Shown here one piece after another: positions 31,277 to 41,110 of a stretch of 64,000 bases of DNA (position 1 is the stretch's first letter; each line of letters opens with the position of its first letter). The position numbers and the translations under genes were made by a program. A model generated the notes under the pieces. That model searched no databases. It was not told the origin of the DNA and saw only the letters and a list, made by a program, of their open reading frames with translations. This DNA comes from Fibrobacterales bacterium (GTDB taxonomy: Bacteria > Fibrobacterota > Fibrobacteria > Fibrobacterales > JAOPTW01), in assembly GCA_051532055.1 (NCBI GenBank), contig JAOPTX010000044.1:34945-98944 (forward strand), written 5' to 3'.

Positions 31277-33913
31277 ATGTCCATGATCCTACTTGTTGCA
31301 GAAAAACCATCAGTCGCTACACAACATTATCGCCCCATGCTCGAACGCTGTGAAGGGGAGTCATTTGTGAAAAGAGATGGGTATCTGGAAGGTAAGAATT
31401 ACACCATCACTTGGTGTGTCGGTCATTTGGTCACACTCTCGACTTTTGATGAGTATGAGGGGTATGATGGGATGTGGAAGCTCGATAATCTTCCATTGAT
31501 TCCCCCACAGTTTAAACTCAAAGCGATTGAGGGAACTAAAAAACAGCTTCAAATTGTAACGCGCCTCATGGAACAGAGTGATGTGCTTATTAATGGTGCG
31601 GATGCTGGGCGTGAAGGTAATCTCATTTTTGATTTGGTTATTGATTATAATCCTCAACTCAGAGAAAAAGAGATTAAACGACTCTGGGTGAACTCATTTG
31701 TGGCAAAAGATCTCGACCCCGCGTTTAAAAAGCTTGAGTCAGCACAGCATCGTATTAACCTCTCTTACGCAGCACGCCTTCGTCAGAGAGCAGATTGGTT
31801 AGTCGGCTTGAATTCTACTCGTGCTTATACCCTTACTGCTGGTCATGGTTCACTCCTTTCGGTTGGTCGGGTGCAAACACCCACTTTAAACCTCGTGGTT
31901 AAACGAGATAATGAAGTTGAGACATTCCAGGAACTTTTTACCTATGGTGTTGTGGGCCAATGGCGTGGGTATAAAGCGCAGTGGTGTCGAGAAGATAAAA
32001 TTGTTTTCTTTGAAGAAGATGGATTGCCTCAATCGGTGGTGGACAAGTGTAAAGGTGAGAGGGCCGGGATTCGAGAAATTGATGTTGTCGATAAAAAGGC
32101 ATTTCCTCCGAAGCCATTCGATTTGACCGAACTGCAGAAAGAAGCAAATAAACGATTTAAAATTAAAGTGGCTCGTGTGTTAGAAGTGGCACAGCAACTC
32201 TATGAAAAAAGATACATCACTTACCCCCGGACTGACTCTCAGTATTTAAATGATGCCATGAAAGGGGAGTCCTACACTCTTGCACAGCAACTTATCGACG
32301 ATGGATCTAGAGAACTAATGCGCCCCGAGAGTGATCATTTTGTTTTTATTAACTCAAAGAAGGTGACGGATCACTACGCTATAATCCCTACTGTTGAGCG
32401 CCCGGTAAATCTGAGTGCTGAAGAACAAAAAGTATACTCACTCATCGTAGAGCGCTTTGTGACCGCATGGCAAAAACCACACCTCTGGAAAGAATACACC
32501 GTTCAGCTTAAATGTGTTGATGAATTTTTTAGAATAAAATTAAAGCTTGATATTGACCTGGGCTTCAAGAAAAAACAGAAAGATGATGAGAAAAAAGATG
32601 ACGATGAGATAAGTAACCGTCTGGAAAATGAACTTACTTGGCAGGTAGGAGAGAGTGATCCTTGGGAAAATCTTGAGGTCCATAAAAAGAAAAAATCAAA
32701 GCCGAAATATTTTACAGAAGCAACACTCCTTGCGGCTATGAAAACAGCAGGTAAAAATATTACCGATGAATCCCTTGCCGAAGCGATGAAGGATCGGGGA
32801 CTTGGAACACCAGCGACTCAGGCGGGAATTATTGAAACCCTTAAGCGTAGGGAGTTTTTACAAGAAGATAAAGGTAAAATTATTTCAGGCCCTAAAGGTC
32901 GGCAGCTTATTGCGAAAGTAGATGATCGAGTGAAATCTGCAGAAATGACGGGTGAGTGGGAGTACAAGTTGACTCAGGTCGAGAAGGGCAATTATGCTCC
33001 TGATCAGTTTCGAGATGATATCATCGAATTTGTAACAAGTATCTTTGAAAGGCTTCGTGAAGACTATGTGAATGATTTTGAACGAAAAGACCTTGGGGGA
33101 ACTCTTGGTTGCCCTAAATGTAAAAAACAGAAACTAAACGGAGTGAGCTGGGGGTATGTGTGCCCTGATGAGCAGTGTCTTTTTAAATTGGGTCATGCGG
33201 TGGCGCAGCGGAGCTTGAGTACCGAAGAGATCTTGTCTCTGGTGAATAATGGCATTACCGAAGAACTTAGTGGTTTTAAATCAAAGCGCGGGTTTGAATT
33301 TTCAGCAAAGCTAAAAATAGATGAAAAGTTTGAAGTAACCTTTGAATTCTCAGAAGAGCGGAGTAAAACCGAGGCTTTCAAGGGGAAATGCGCAAAATGT
33401 AAAAAAGAGAACCTGCGTGAAAGCGAAAAGGTTGTTTATTGCGATACTGATGGATGTGAGCTCGTGATTTTTAAACTCGTCGCAGGGCTTACTTTAGAGA
33501 AGAAGTATATAACTCAATTACTCAAGAAAAAGAAGTGCGACCAGATTGAGGGCTTCACCTCTCGGAAGGGAACTCAGTTTTCGGCACCATTAAAGTTGAA
33601 TGATGAGTGGAAGGTCGTTTTTGATTTTGAGGGTTCAGGTGGTGGTGGCGGTAAAGACCTTGGGAAAGCCTGCCCTGCATGTGGAGACAAGCTTAAACAC
33701 AGTGATAAAGTTATTTTTTGTAGCAAAGAGAAGTGTAATGTCACTATTTGGAAAGAAACTGGTGGTATTGCACTGACAGATGAGCATGTGACACAACTTA
33801 TAGAGAAACGAAAAACCGTACTTATTCGTGGTTTTAAATCCAAAAAAGGGAACCTTTTTGACGCTTACCTTGTATTAGATGTCAACTGGAAGTCGAGCTA
33901 CTCATTCGATTAA
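31277..33913 (+). CDS. topB: DNA topoisomerase III (type IA) with C-terminal Zn/repeat modules
   Basis: AEKPSV, DAGREG, GRVQTPTL, ITYPRTDS, GLGTPAT; three CxxC...GF.SK.G..F.A.L repeats. Confidence 0.9.
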   Translation: MSMILLVAEKPSVATQHYRPMLERCEGESFVKRDGYLEGKNYTITWCVGHLVTLSTFDEYEGYDGMWKLDNLPLIPPQFKLKAIEGTKKQLQIVTRLMEQSDVLINGADAGREGNLIFDLVIDYNPQLREKEIKRLWVNSFVAKDLDPAFKKLESAQHRINLSYAARLRQRADWLVGLNSTRAYTLTAGHGSLLSVGRVQTPTLNLVVKRDNEVETFQELFTYGVVGQWRGYKAQWCREDKIVFFEEDGLPQSVVDKCKGERAGIREIDVVDKKAFPPKPFDLTELQKEANKRFKIKVARVLEVAQQLYEKRYITYPRTDSQYLNDAMKGESYTLAQQLIDDGSRELMRPESDHFVFINSKKVTDHYAIIPTVERPVNLSAEEQKVYSLIVERFVTAWQKPHLWKEYTVQLKCVDEFFRIKLKLDIDLGFKKKQKDDEKKDDDEISNRLENELTWQVGESDPWENLEVHKKKKSKPKYFTEATLLAAMKTAGKNITDESLAEAMKDRGLGTPATQAGIIETLKRREFLQEDKGKIISGPKGRQLIAKVDDRVKSAEMTGEWEYKLTQVEKGNYAPDQFRDDIIEFVTSIFERLREDYVNDFERKDLGGTLGCPKCKKQKLNGVSWGYVCPDEQCLFKLGHAVAQRSLSTEEILSLVNNGITEELSGFKSKRGFEFSAKLKIDEKFEVTFEFSEERSKTEAFKGKCAKCKKENLRESEKVVYCDTDGCELVIFKLVAGLTLEKKYITQLLKKKKCDQIEGFTSRKGTQFSAPLKLNDEWKVVFDFEGSGGGGGKDLGKACPACGDKLKHSDKVIFCSKEKCNVTIWKETGGIALTDEHVTQLIEKRKTVLIRGFKSKKGNLFDAYLVLDVNWKSSYSFD

Positions 33914-34011
33914 CACCACCTTTTTTATATCAACATATGTGACCAGTATCAAATTTTTTAGTTGCGAAACTTATGTAAATATATAGTTTACAGTGTACGC
34001 AGGCATTATGA

Positions 34012-34416
34012 GTGGGAGAAAAAGTGGTCGAATTTGTCTACAATGACCGTGATGATATTTTATTCATTACCTATAAAGGGAACGTACATCTACAAGATAT
34101 GTACGAGATGGTGCAATATCACATGGAATATCCCGACTTGCCCGAACAGCTTCGTGTGTTTCTCGATTCAAGAAAGGGAAACTATGCTTTTCCCATCAAT
34201 GAGTTTACCTTGGGTAATTTAGGGCTCGATCGTTTGCAAGACCGTTTTGAGTCTATTTCTATAGCAGTGGTGGGAAATAGTGATATTAGCTCAAATGAGT
34301 CATACTTTTACACGTTTTGTGAAAAGATGGGCATTTCTGTATCGTTGTTTCACGATGAGAGTAAAGCGTGGTATCACCTGAAGAAAATGCATTTACTCAC
34401 AGACACTCCGGTATAA
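34012..34416 (+). CDS. Small STAS/SpoIIAA-like alpha/beta protein
   Basis: I.Y.G.V.L.D...V..D.RKG.Y.F pattern shared with 36146..36538. Confidence 0.5.
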   Translation: MGEKVVEFVYNDRDDILFITYKGNVHLQDMYEMVQYHMEYPDLPEQLRVFLDSRKGNYAFPINEFTLGNLGLDRLQDRFESISIAVVGNSDISSNESYFYTFCEKMGISVSLFHDESKAWYHLKKMHLLTDTPV

Positions 34417-34425
34417 TATTTTTTT

Positions 34426-34468
34426 CTGACATGGATTGAGTTAAATAGTATATTTGCACATATGTGCA
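34426..34468 (+). promoter_or_regulatory. dinB promoter with palindromic LexA-type operator
   Basis: CTGACA(34426)-17 bp-TATATT(34449), then TGCAC-ATAT-GTGCA at 34455-34468. Confidence 0.75.
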
Positions 34469-35565
34469 GTACTCAAAAGAAGATTATTCATGTGGATATG
34501 GACTCATTTTATGCGTCTGTTGAAATGCGTGATAATCCAAAATTAAGGGATAAACCAATTGCTGTTGGAGGGCCTGCGGAAAAGAGGGGGGTACTCTGTA
34601 CTTGTAACTATCTCGCTCGAGAATTTGGAGTTCGCTCAGCAATGGCAACAGGGTATGCCCAAAAACTCTGCCCGCAGTTAGTGTTGGTTCCGGTGAATAT
34701 GGACAAGTACAAAACGGAGTCCGAAAGAATACATGTTATTTTTAAGGAGTATACCGAACTCATTCAGCCACTTTCTCTTGATGAAGCGTATCTTGATGTA
34801 ACAGACAGCACTCAGTGCATGGGAAGTGCAACGCTTATTGCCGAAGAGATTCGCAGAAAAATATTTGAAGCAACCGGGCTGACTGCTTCGGCAGGGGTGG
34901 CTCCGAACAAATTTCTTGCTAAGATTGCGAGTGACCTTAATAAACCTAATGGGCAGTATGTGGTTACCCCTGATGCCATTGATCAATTTATGCTCCCACT
35001 CCCTGTTGAGAAAATATTTGGTGTGGGAAAGGTGGCCCAAAAGCGTCTCAAACAGTTGGGTATTGATACCTGTGGCGATCTTCAACAGCTTTCTCTCGAA
35101 GAGCTTCATAGTAAGTTGGGAAATTGGGGAGCAAACCTGTATAATCTTTCACGAGGTATTGGTTCGGCAAAAGTTGAGACCCATAGAAACCGTAAGTCGA
35201 TTAGTCAAGAACGGACCTTTCACAAAGATATGGAGGGACAGCTTTCACTACTTCGACCTTCAGTCGAGAAGGTGTATGAAATTCTCACCTCTTATATTTT
35301 ACACTATCAAGAGCGGCAGAGTGTACCGGTTAAAATGAGAAAGTCTTCAATTAAAATAAAATTTTCGGACTTCACCCAAACGACCGTTGAGCGAGATTTT
35401 GGATCTTATTCTCTTGAAAACTTTCTTGAGCTGATGCAAGAGGGACTCGGACGAAAGAGCTTGGATATCCGATTGATAGGTCTTGGAGTGAAGGTTGACT
35501 CTGATCTTGATCAGATAGAGTATGCCCAGGTAGATATGTTCGAAGGAAGTGATGTTGTATTGTAG
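34462..35565 (+). CDS. dinB: DNA polymerase IV
   Basis: IHVDMDSFYASVE, NYLAREFGVRSAM, SLDEAYLD, NKFLAKIASD.NKPNG. Confidence 0.95.
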   Translation: MCSTQKKIIHVDMDSFYASVEMRDNPKLRDKPIAVGGPAEKRGVLCTCNYLAREFGVRSAMATGYAQKLCPQLVLVPVNMDKYKTESERIHVIFKEYTELIQPLSLDEAYLDVTDSTQCMGSATLIAEEIRRKIFEATGLTASAGVAPNKFLAKIASDLNKPNGQYVVTPDAIDQFMLPLPVEKIFGVGKVAQKRLKQLGIDTCGDLQQLSLEELHSKLGNWGANLYNLSRGIGSAKVETHRNRKSISQERTFHKDMEGQLSLLRPSVEKVYEILTSYILHYQERQSVPVKMRKSSIKIKFSDFTQTTVERDFGSYSLENFLELMQEGLGRKSLDIRLIGLGVKVDSDLDQIEYAQVDMFEGSDVVL

Positions 35566-35656
35566 TGTGAACTGTGCCCATAATATTCACTGTTAAAATG
35601 TGTTCTTCTCATTCTATACTTTACTACCTTACATTGTGGACTTAATTAGGTAGGGT

Positions 35657-35992
35657 ATGGAACAGAAACAGCGGGAAGAAATACGGGTGACCATTGAGAG
35701 CGAATTGATTACTCTTGAAAGAACTATAGCCGACCTAAAAGAAAAAACTAAGCCTATTGCTCCAGACAATGCCATCGGTCGAATTAGTCGTATGGATGCC
35801 ATAAATAATAAATCAATTAATGATGCTGCATTGGTGAATGCTCAAAATAAATATGGGGCCCTTACTCATGCCCTTTCGAATATTGAAAGCCCTGATTTTG
35901 GTATATGCAGTGCCTGTGGTCATGTGATTCCCGCTGCCCGAATCATGCACCTGCCTCATACGAGACGTTGTATGGGGTGCGTGAGTAAATAG
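35657..35992 (+). CDS. TraR/DksA C4 zinc-finger protein
   Basis: PDNAIGRISRMDAI coiled-coil tip, FGICSACG..I...R....P....CMGC. Confidence 0.85.
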   Translation: MEQKQREEIRVTIESELITLERTIADLKEKTKPIAPDNAIGRISRMDAINNKSINDAALVNAQNKYGALTHALSNIESPDFGICSACGHVIPAARIMHLPHTRRCMGCVSK

Positions 35993-36145
35993 ATAGCACT
36001 TGAGTTTTTATAGCTCTGAATATCCCTTTTATCTAAAAATTTGACCATTATCTTAGGATATCATAAATGACGTGCCTATTGTAAGTATTAAGTTTACAAT
36101 AGGGGTAGGTGTATATATTTTCAATAATATCTATGGGGAGGATTT

Positions 36146-36538
36146 ATGCTTACGATCTCATATACTCAAGAAAAACGGTTACTTTCAATTATTTATGATG
36201 GTCCCGTTTCATTATCTGATCTTGGGTCTATTATTGTTTTTGCTCAGAAGAATCAAGCTCTTTTTTCCAAAGATATTAATGTTCTTTTTGATATCCGGAA
36301 GGGTTTTTACGAGTTTGAGGTGAGTGAAATTGCTGAAATCAGTATTGAATTTGATAAAGTGCTCGAGGCGTTTAGTTCTGTTCGTGTCGTTGCTCTGCGT
36401 TCCAGAGATAATGACCCTACATACACTGAATTCTTTCACATGTTGAGTAAACAAGAGGGAGTTGAATTTTTTGTCTTTGATGAAGACGAAAAGGGAGCTC
36501 GACAATGCCTCGAAGAGAAGCAGAGCGTCCGTATATAA
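36146..36538 (+). CDS. Small STAS/SpoIIAA-like protein (paralogue of 34012..34416)
   Basis: GGAGG RBS; shares the motif pattern with 34012..34416. Confidence 0.5.
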   Translation: MLTISYTQEKRLLSIIYDGPVSLSDLGSIIVFAQKNQALFSKDINVLFDIRKGFYEFEVSEIAEISIEFDKVLEAFSSVRVVALRSRDNDPTYTEFFHMLSKQEGVEFFVFDEDEKGARQCLEEKQSVRI

Positions 36539-36643
36539 TGACCATGATCTTTTGGCTAAAACATCGCTTTCCTGCTTCGGTTTCATACTATTTTAAGTAT
36601 CTTTTTCTCAATCAAGGGTACTATTTTGAAAGGGTAGATTAGC

Positions 36644-38476
36644 TTGGCTATAGTGAAACGACATTTACTACTTCTTATTTTGGTTTTGACTTTTTCGCAA
36701 GGGTTTAGCAGCTCTTCTGCGGTAAAAAAAGTTATTGGCGGTTGGCGTTTTTATGCTGATGGCAAACCTTTTGTACTTAAAGGTATTCACTTCTCAATGG
36801 ATGCCGATACTAATACTATTGGGGCCTATCTTCGCGATCTCAACTATATGGGTACCAATATTATTACGTTGTCACATCAGAGTGATCAACTGCACGCACT
36901 TCTTGATAGTTGTGCAGAATATCGAATTAAGGTAATGATTCAGTTTTCTCTTCCTCTGGGTGATACACCTGGAGCACTTCCTATTATAGATGGGCAGTTT
37001 GTCGAACGTGACCTTTCACGGTATCTTGATTCTATAGCACGGCAAGTACAAGAACTCAAAGAGACTGCTCCCGTATTGCTTTGGAGTATTGGTAATGAAG
37101 GAACGGGGGGTTTTAAAAGAAATTCTGAGTGGCGTCTCTACGCTGGACTCGTTGAGTTAATTATTCAGACTATTAAACAGAATGATGGAACGCGCGTTGT
37201 TACTGCAGTCTCAAGAGGGGTTGAATCGTGGAGGTGGTGGAAGAAGCTGACCCCCTCCCTTGATATTTATGGTATTGATACTTATGGACGTACCGCAAGT
37301 GTCATTCCCAAGCAGAGAAGAGAGTTTGGTGTCTCACAACCCTATCTTGTCACCCGTTTTGGAATCGATGACTGGAATGGTGTTCCCGAAGATTTTTTAG
37401 GAGTGTTAAAAGAGCCTGATGATGAAAAGAAATTTGAAATGGTTGTTTCAGGCTATACCAAATGGGTTGAAAAAAGAAAGTATTGTATTGGCGGGTTTCT
37501 TTCAGAATACGGGCGAGGCAAAACTTACGACGCTCACTGGATGAATTTCTATTTTGGTAATTACCGGCGACCTCAGTATTGGGCCGCTCGGAAACTTTTT
37601 ACTGGAAAACGTCCCTTTAATGCTATACCCGAGATTATCGAGTTTACGGTTCCTAATAAAAAGAAGTATCAGACGGGGGACTGGATTCCTGTTACTGCAC
37701 AGTATCGCGATAATGAGGGCGACTTTGTAAAGGTTGAGTTCTATTATAACATTCAAAATGGCTCTGATAAAAAACAAGCAGCAATTACCCCATTAGAGTT
37801 TGTTGAATTAGGCTCTGGAGAATATAAGGTTCGTGCTCCCGAAGAGTATGGGGTGATAAAAATCTACTTCTTCGCAAAAGATGCAAATTTTAATTTAGGG
37901 AGTGCAACAAGCTCAATTGAAGTTATTGGTCTCCCTGGGGGTACTAAGGGTTCTGATGGTAAATTGTTTGGACTCAAGACGCAACTCCCTTTTTATCTCT
38001 ATAAAGATTATGAAGAGGAACTGCCCTATTCGCCATCTGGCCTGGTGGGGAATGTCGAAGAGGTGACTCTTTCTCTCAATGAAACAGAAGATATATACAG
38101 TGGAACGAGTGCGTTACGGATTGATTATGGTGATGATGAGGGGTGGTTTGCACTCTCTTTTCAGGACCCTGCTGGTGATTGGTGGAGTCGACCAGGAGGA
38201 TATAATCTCAATGGTGCGACACAACTCTCATTTTGGGCAAAGGCGACCGAAAACGAGGTTACCATTACCTGTCGCGTTGGTCTGTATAATGATTCTCGTC
38301 CATTTCACGACACCGGCCTTATTGCCTCGAAAGTACTTCTTACTACAGAATGGAGACATTATTCCATCGATCTTACAAAAATAGATCTTTCAAACATCAA
38401 GACTGGCTTGACAATTATTGGTCATGGTATTGATGACGATTATAGTATCTATATGGATGAAGTCGTCTTTAAGTAA
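36644..38476 (+). CDS. Secreted GH-A clan (GH2-like TIM barrel) glycoside hydrolase with C-terminal carbohydrate-binding-like module
   Basis: Signal peptide, DGKPFVLKG, LWSIGNE, GIDTYG; C-terminal YSG...LSFWAK...LTTEW..Y.IDL...IYMDEV.F. Confidence 0.7.
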   Translation: MAIVKRHLLLLILVLTFSQGFSSSSAVKKVIGGWRFYADGKPFVLKGIHFSMDADTNTIGAYLRDLNYMGTNIITLSHQSDQLHALLDSCAEYRIKVMIQFSLPLGDTPGALPIIDGQFVERDLSRYLDSIARQVQELKETAPVLLWSIGNEGTGGFKRNSEWRLYAGLVELIIQTIKQNDGTRVVTAVSRGVESWRWWKKLTPSLDIYGIDTYGRTASVIPKQRREFGVSQPYLVTRFGIDDWNGVPEDFLGVLKEPDDEKKFEMVVSGYTKWVEKRKYCIGGFLSEYGRGKTYDAHWMNFYFGNYRRPQYWAARKLFTGKRPFNAIPEIIEFTVPNKKKYQTGDWIPVTAQYRDNEGDFVKVEFYYNIQNGSDKKQAAITPLEFVELGSGEYKVRAPEEYGVIKIYFFAKDANFNLGSATSSIEVIGLPGGTKGSDGKLFGLKTQLPFYLYKDYEEELPYSPSGLVGNVEEVTLSLNETEDIYSGTSALRIDYGDDEGWFALSFQDPAGDWWSRPGGYNLNGATQLSFWAKATENEVTITCRVGLYNDSRPFHDTGLIASKVLLTTEWRHYSIDLTKIDLSNIKTGLTIIGHGIDDDYSIYMDEVVFK

Positions 38477-38500
38477 CAATTGACTTTATGTAATAAGTTC

Positions 38501-38529
38501 TTGCAATTTGCTCAAATGTGCACTATATT
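38501..38529 (+). promoter_or_regulatory. SRAP-umuDC promoter with LexA-type operator in the spacer
   Basis: TTGCAA(38501)-17 bp-TATATT(38524), with TGCTC-AAAT-GTGCA at 38509-38522. Confidence 0.75.
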
Positions 38530-38582
38530 TAGCTTTGTGGTAATCACGCTTCTCGTGGTATACTATTTATGGAGGTATGGGT

Positions 38583-39281
38583 ATGTGTGGTCGATTTGCT
38601 CTTACATCATCACCGGCAGAACTTGCCCGTCAGTTTAATTGTCTCGCAGAACTTTCTGCAAATCCTCAGTATGCTATTAGTCCAATGGATCATGTTGCGG
38701 TGGTAAAAAATGGTGTGCAACCGTTGGATAGAGTTCTGACGACAATGCAGTGGTGGTTAGTGCCCTCATTTGTGAAAGGAGAGCCCGAGTATCGGCACGC
38801 AATGTTTAATGCCCGTGCAGAGACCCTTTCAGTGAAGGCATCATATAGAAGTAACTATCAGAAAAGGCGATGTATTATTCCGGCAGATGCTTTTTATGAG
38901 TGGAAAAATGGACAACCCTATGCCTTCCGTATGGCAGATCATACCCCTTTTGGTATGGCGGGTCTGTGGGATGAGTGGCAGGGGAGTGATGGCACTACTC
39001 TAACGAGTTGCACTATTATTACGACTGAGGCAAATACTATAGTAAAACCTATTCATGATAAACAGAGGATGCCGGTTATTCTCGACCCGCGTGAGTATGA
39101 TATTTGGCTTAACCCAATGAGTGATCAATACGAACAGCTCGATTCACTTCTCGATCCTTTCGAGAGTGATCGTATGGAGTGTTATCCTGTTATCAGAGAT
39201 TTAAAGTTGAATAGCGCCGTTTGCCTTGAACCGCTCCTAGCGCGTGCACAAGATGGCGAACAACTCGGGCTTTTCGGGTAG
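38583..39281 (+). CDS. SOS response-associated peptidase (SRAP/YedK/HMCES family)
   Basis: MCGRF N-terminus (ATG 38583, 7 nt after GGAGG, leaves catalytic Cys at position 2), FNARAET, FYEW, H..RMPVIL. Confidence 0.93.
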   Translation: MCGRFALTSSPAELARQFNCLAELSANPQYAISPMDHVAVVKNGVQPLDRVLTTMQWWLVPSFVKGEPEYRHAMFNARAETLSVKASYRSNYQKRRCIIPADAFYEWKNGQPYAFRMADHTPFGMAGLWDEWQGSDGTTLTSCTIITTEANTIVKPIHDKQRMPVILDPREYDIWLNPMSDQYEQLDSLLDPFESDRMECYPVIRDLKLNSAVCLEPLLARAQDGEQLGLFG

Positions 39282-39288
39282 GTGCTAT

Positions 39289-39711
39289 ATGGAGTGTTTT
39301 AAACCACTAAGGCGATCAACAGTTCGCCACCCGTTACTGCTCTCTGCGGTGCAGGCGGGGTTCCCGAGCCCCGCTGATGACTATATTGAAAAACGTCTCG
39401 ATCTCAATGACTATCTCATGGCCAATCCAACGGCAACCTACTACATGCGTGTATCGGGAGACTCAATGGAAGATGCGGGGATCCACCATGATGATCTTCT
39501 TGTAGTGGACTGCTCTTTAAAACCACGAAATCGCGATATTGTAGTGGCGGTACTCAATGGAGAATTTACGGTTAAGCGCTTGCGCATCTACCGACAGCGC
39601 TATAGCCTGGTCCCAGAAAACCCTGCCTACCCTGTTATTCAAATTACCGAAGAGATGGAGTTTAGAATTTGGGGGGTGGTGAGTCATGTCGTACACGCTA
39701 CCCGCTCGTGA
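39289..39711 (+). CDS. umuD: DNA polymerase V subunit UmuD
   Basis: VQAGFPSPADDY cleavage site, VSGDSM, FTVKRL. Confidence 0.93.
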   Translation: MECFKPLRRSTVRHPLLLSAVQAGFPSPADDYIEKRLDLNDYLMANPTATYYMRVSGDSMEDAGIHHDDLLVVDCSLKPRNRDIVVAVLNGEFTVKRLRIYRQRYSLVPENPAYPVIQITEEMEFRIWGVVSHVVHATRS

Positions 39712-41008
39712 GCGCCTCTTTGCTCTTGTTGATGTTAATAATTTTTATGTGAGTTGCGAGCGGGCCTTTCAACCAGAGTTATGGAATTGCCCCGTAGTGG
39801 TGATGTCAAATAATGATGGCTGCGCCATTGCCCGTTCTCAAGAGGCCAAAGACCTTGGGGTCTCCATGGGCGTTCCCATTTTTAAAATTCAGCACCTGAT
39901 TAAGAAACATGGTATGGTATTGCGTTCGAGTAATTATGCACTGTACGGCGATATGAGTGAGCGGTTCAGTCAAGTGCTCTCTGCTTTTTCTCCCGCCGTT
40001 GAACAGTACTCCATTGATGAATGCTTTATTGAACTGACGGGCCGCTCGACGGAACAGACTATAGCCACTACTCTTGGTCAGGTCATAAAAGATGCAGTGC
40101 AGCACCAGGTACATTTACCGGTTTGTGTGGGGATCGGAAGAACGAAAACTCAGGCAAAATTGGCGAACAATCTTGCGAAGCCGGCTCATGGGGGGAGTGG
40201 GGTCTATGTTTTGGGCGAGACGTATCCCCGTTCACTCTACCAGTCGCTGAGTATCACAGATATTTGGGGGATTGGAAAGGCGGGTCAAGAGAAGTTGCGA
40301 GCCGGTGGCTGTAGAACGATTGCCGACTTTTGTGCAAAACCAGTTGAGTGGGTACATAAGAGTTTAAGTATTGTGGGTGCTCGGACCCAGAAGGAACTGC
40401 AAGGAGTGTCGTGTCTTGAACTCGATGAAGTGGTACAAGATAAAAAAGAGATCATGTGCTCTCGTGCTTTTGGTACCCTCATTACTTGTCAAGATGCGCT
40501 CCACCAAGCGGTTGCGACCTATGCCTCAAAGGCCGTTGAGAAACTGTGGCGCCAAAATCTTTATGCTGGTACGGTAACGGTTTTTCTACGTACTGACCCT
40601 TTTAATCAACGAGATCCACAGTACCTGAATGCAATCCCTATCTCATTTGATGTTGCGTCGAATGATGTAACTGAAATTACGAGTGCGGCTATTGAGGCAT
40701 TTAATAAAATCTTTAAAAAGGGTATCCGTTATAAAAAAGCAGGGGTGATGTTGCACGATCTTGTAGATAAAGACAATGTACAACTTTCACTCTTTGCCAC
40801 ACCCCGAGAGGCACCGGATGCTGTGCGAAAACTTTTTGAGACTATTCGTGACAAAAAAGGGGCGGGCCATATTCATATTGCCTCGACGATTTCTTCGCCG
40901 GGGGATAGTGGTGTTAACTGGCGAACAAAAAGTGATCACCTCTCTAATCGTTTTACGACAAGATGGGGGGAGGTGCCGGTTGTTATTGCTGCGAAAGGCT
41001 TTGAGTAA
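39686..41008 (+). CDS. umuC: DNA polymerase V subunit UmuC
   Basis: ALVDVNNFYVSCER, SNNDGC, SSNYALYGDMS, YSIDECF, QLSLF, S.RFTTRW. Confidence 0.95.
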   Translation: MSYTLPARERLFALVDVNNFYVSCERAFQPELWNCPVVVMSNNDGCAIARSQEAKDLGVSMGVPIFKIQHLIKKHGMVLRSSNYALYGDMSERFSQVLSAFSPAVEQYSIDECFIELTGRSTEQTIATTLGQVIKDAVQHQVHLPVCVGIGRTKTQAKLANNLAKPAHGGSGVYVLGETYPRSLYQSLSITDIWGIGKAGQEKLRAGGCRTIADFCAKPVEWVHKSLSIVGARTQKELQGVSCLELDEVVQDKKEIMCSRAFGTLITCQDALHQAVATYASKAVEKLWRQNLYAGTVTVFLRTDPFNQRDPQYLNAIPISFDVASNDVTEITSAAIEAFNKIFKKGIRYKKAGVMLHDLVDKDNVQLSLFATPREAPDAVRKLFETIRDKKGAGHIHIASTISSPGDSGVNWRTKSDHLSNRFTTRWGEVPVVIAAKGFE

Positions 41009-41110
41009 TTTGAACTCAATGATTAATTGTATGCTTTTTCTAAAAACTCATTGATTGAGTGCACAAGTATGCGTTACCATCCGTCTAATACCCGTATTAA
41101 TAACTATTAG

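Noticed and set aside
41060..41073. Possible third SOS box TGCACAAGTATGCG upstream of the lamin-tail lipoprotein
   Set aside because: Two mismatches in the right half-site and the downstream gene is not an evident repair gene.
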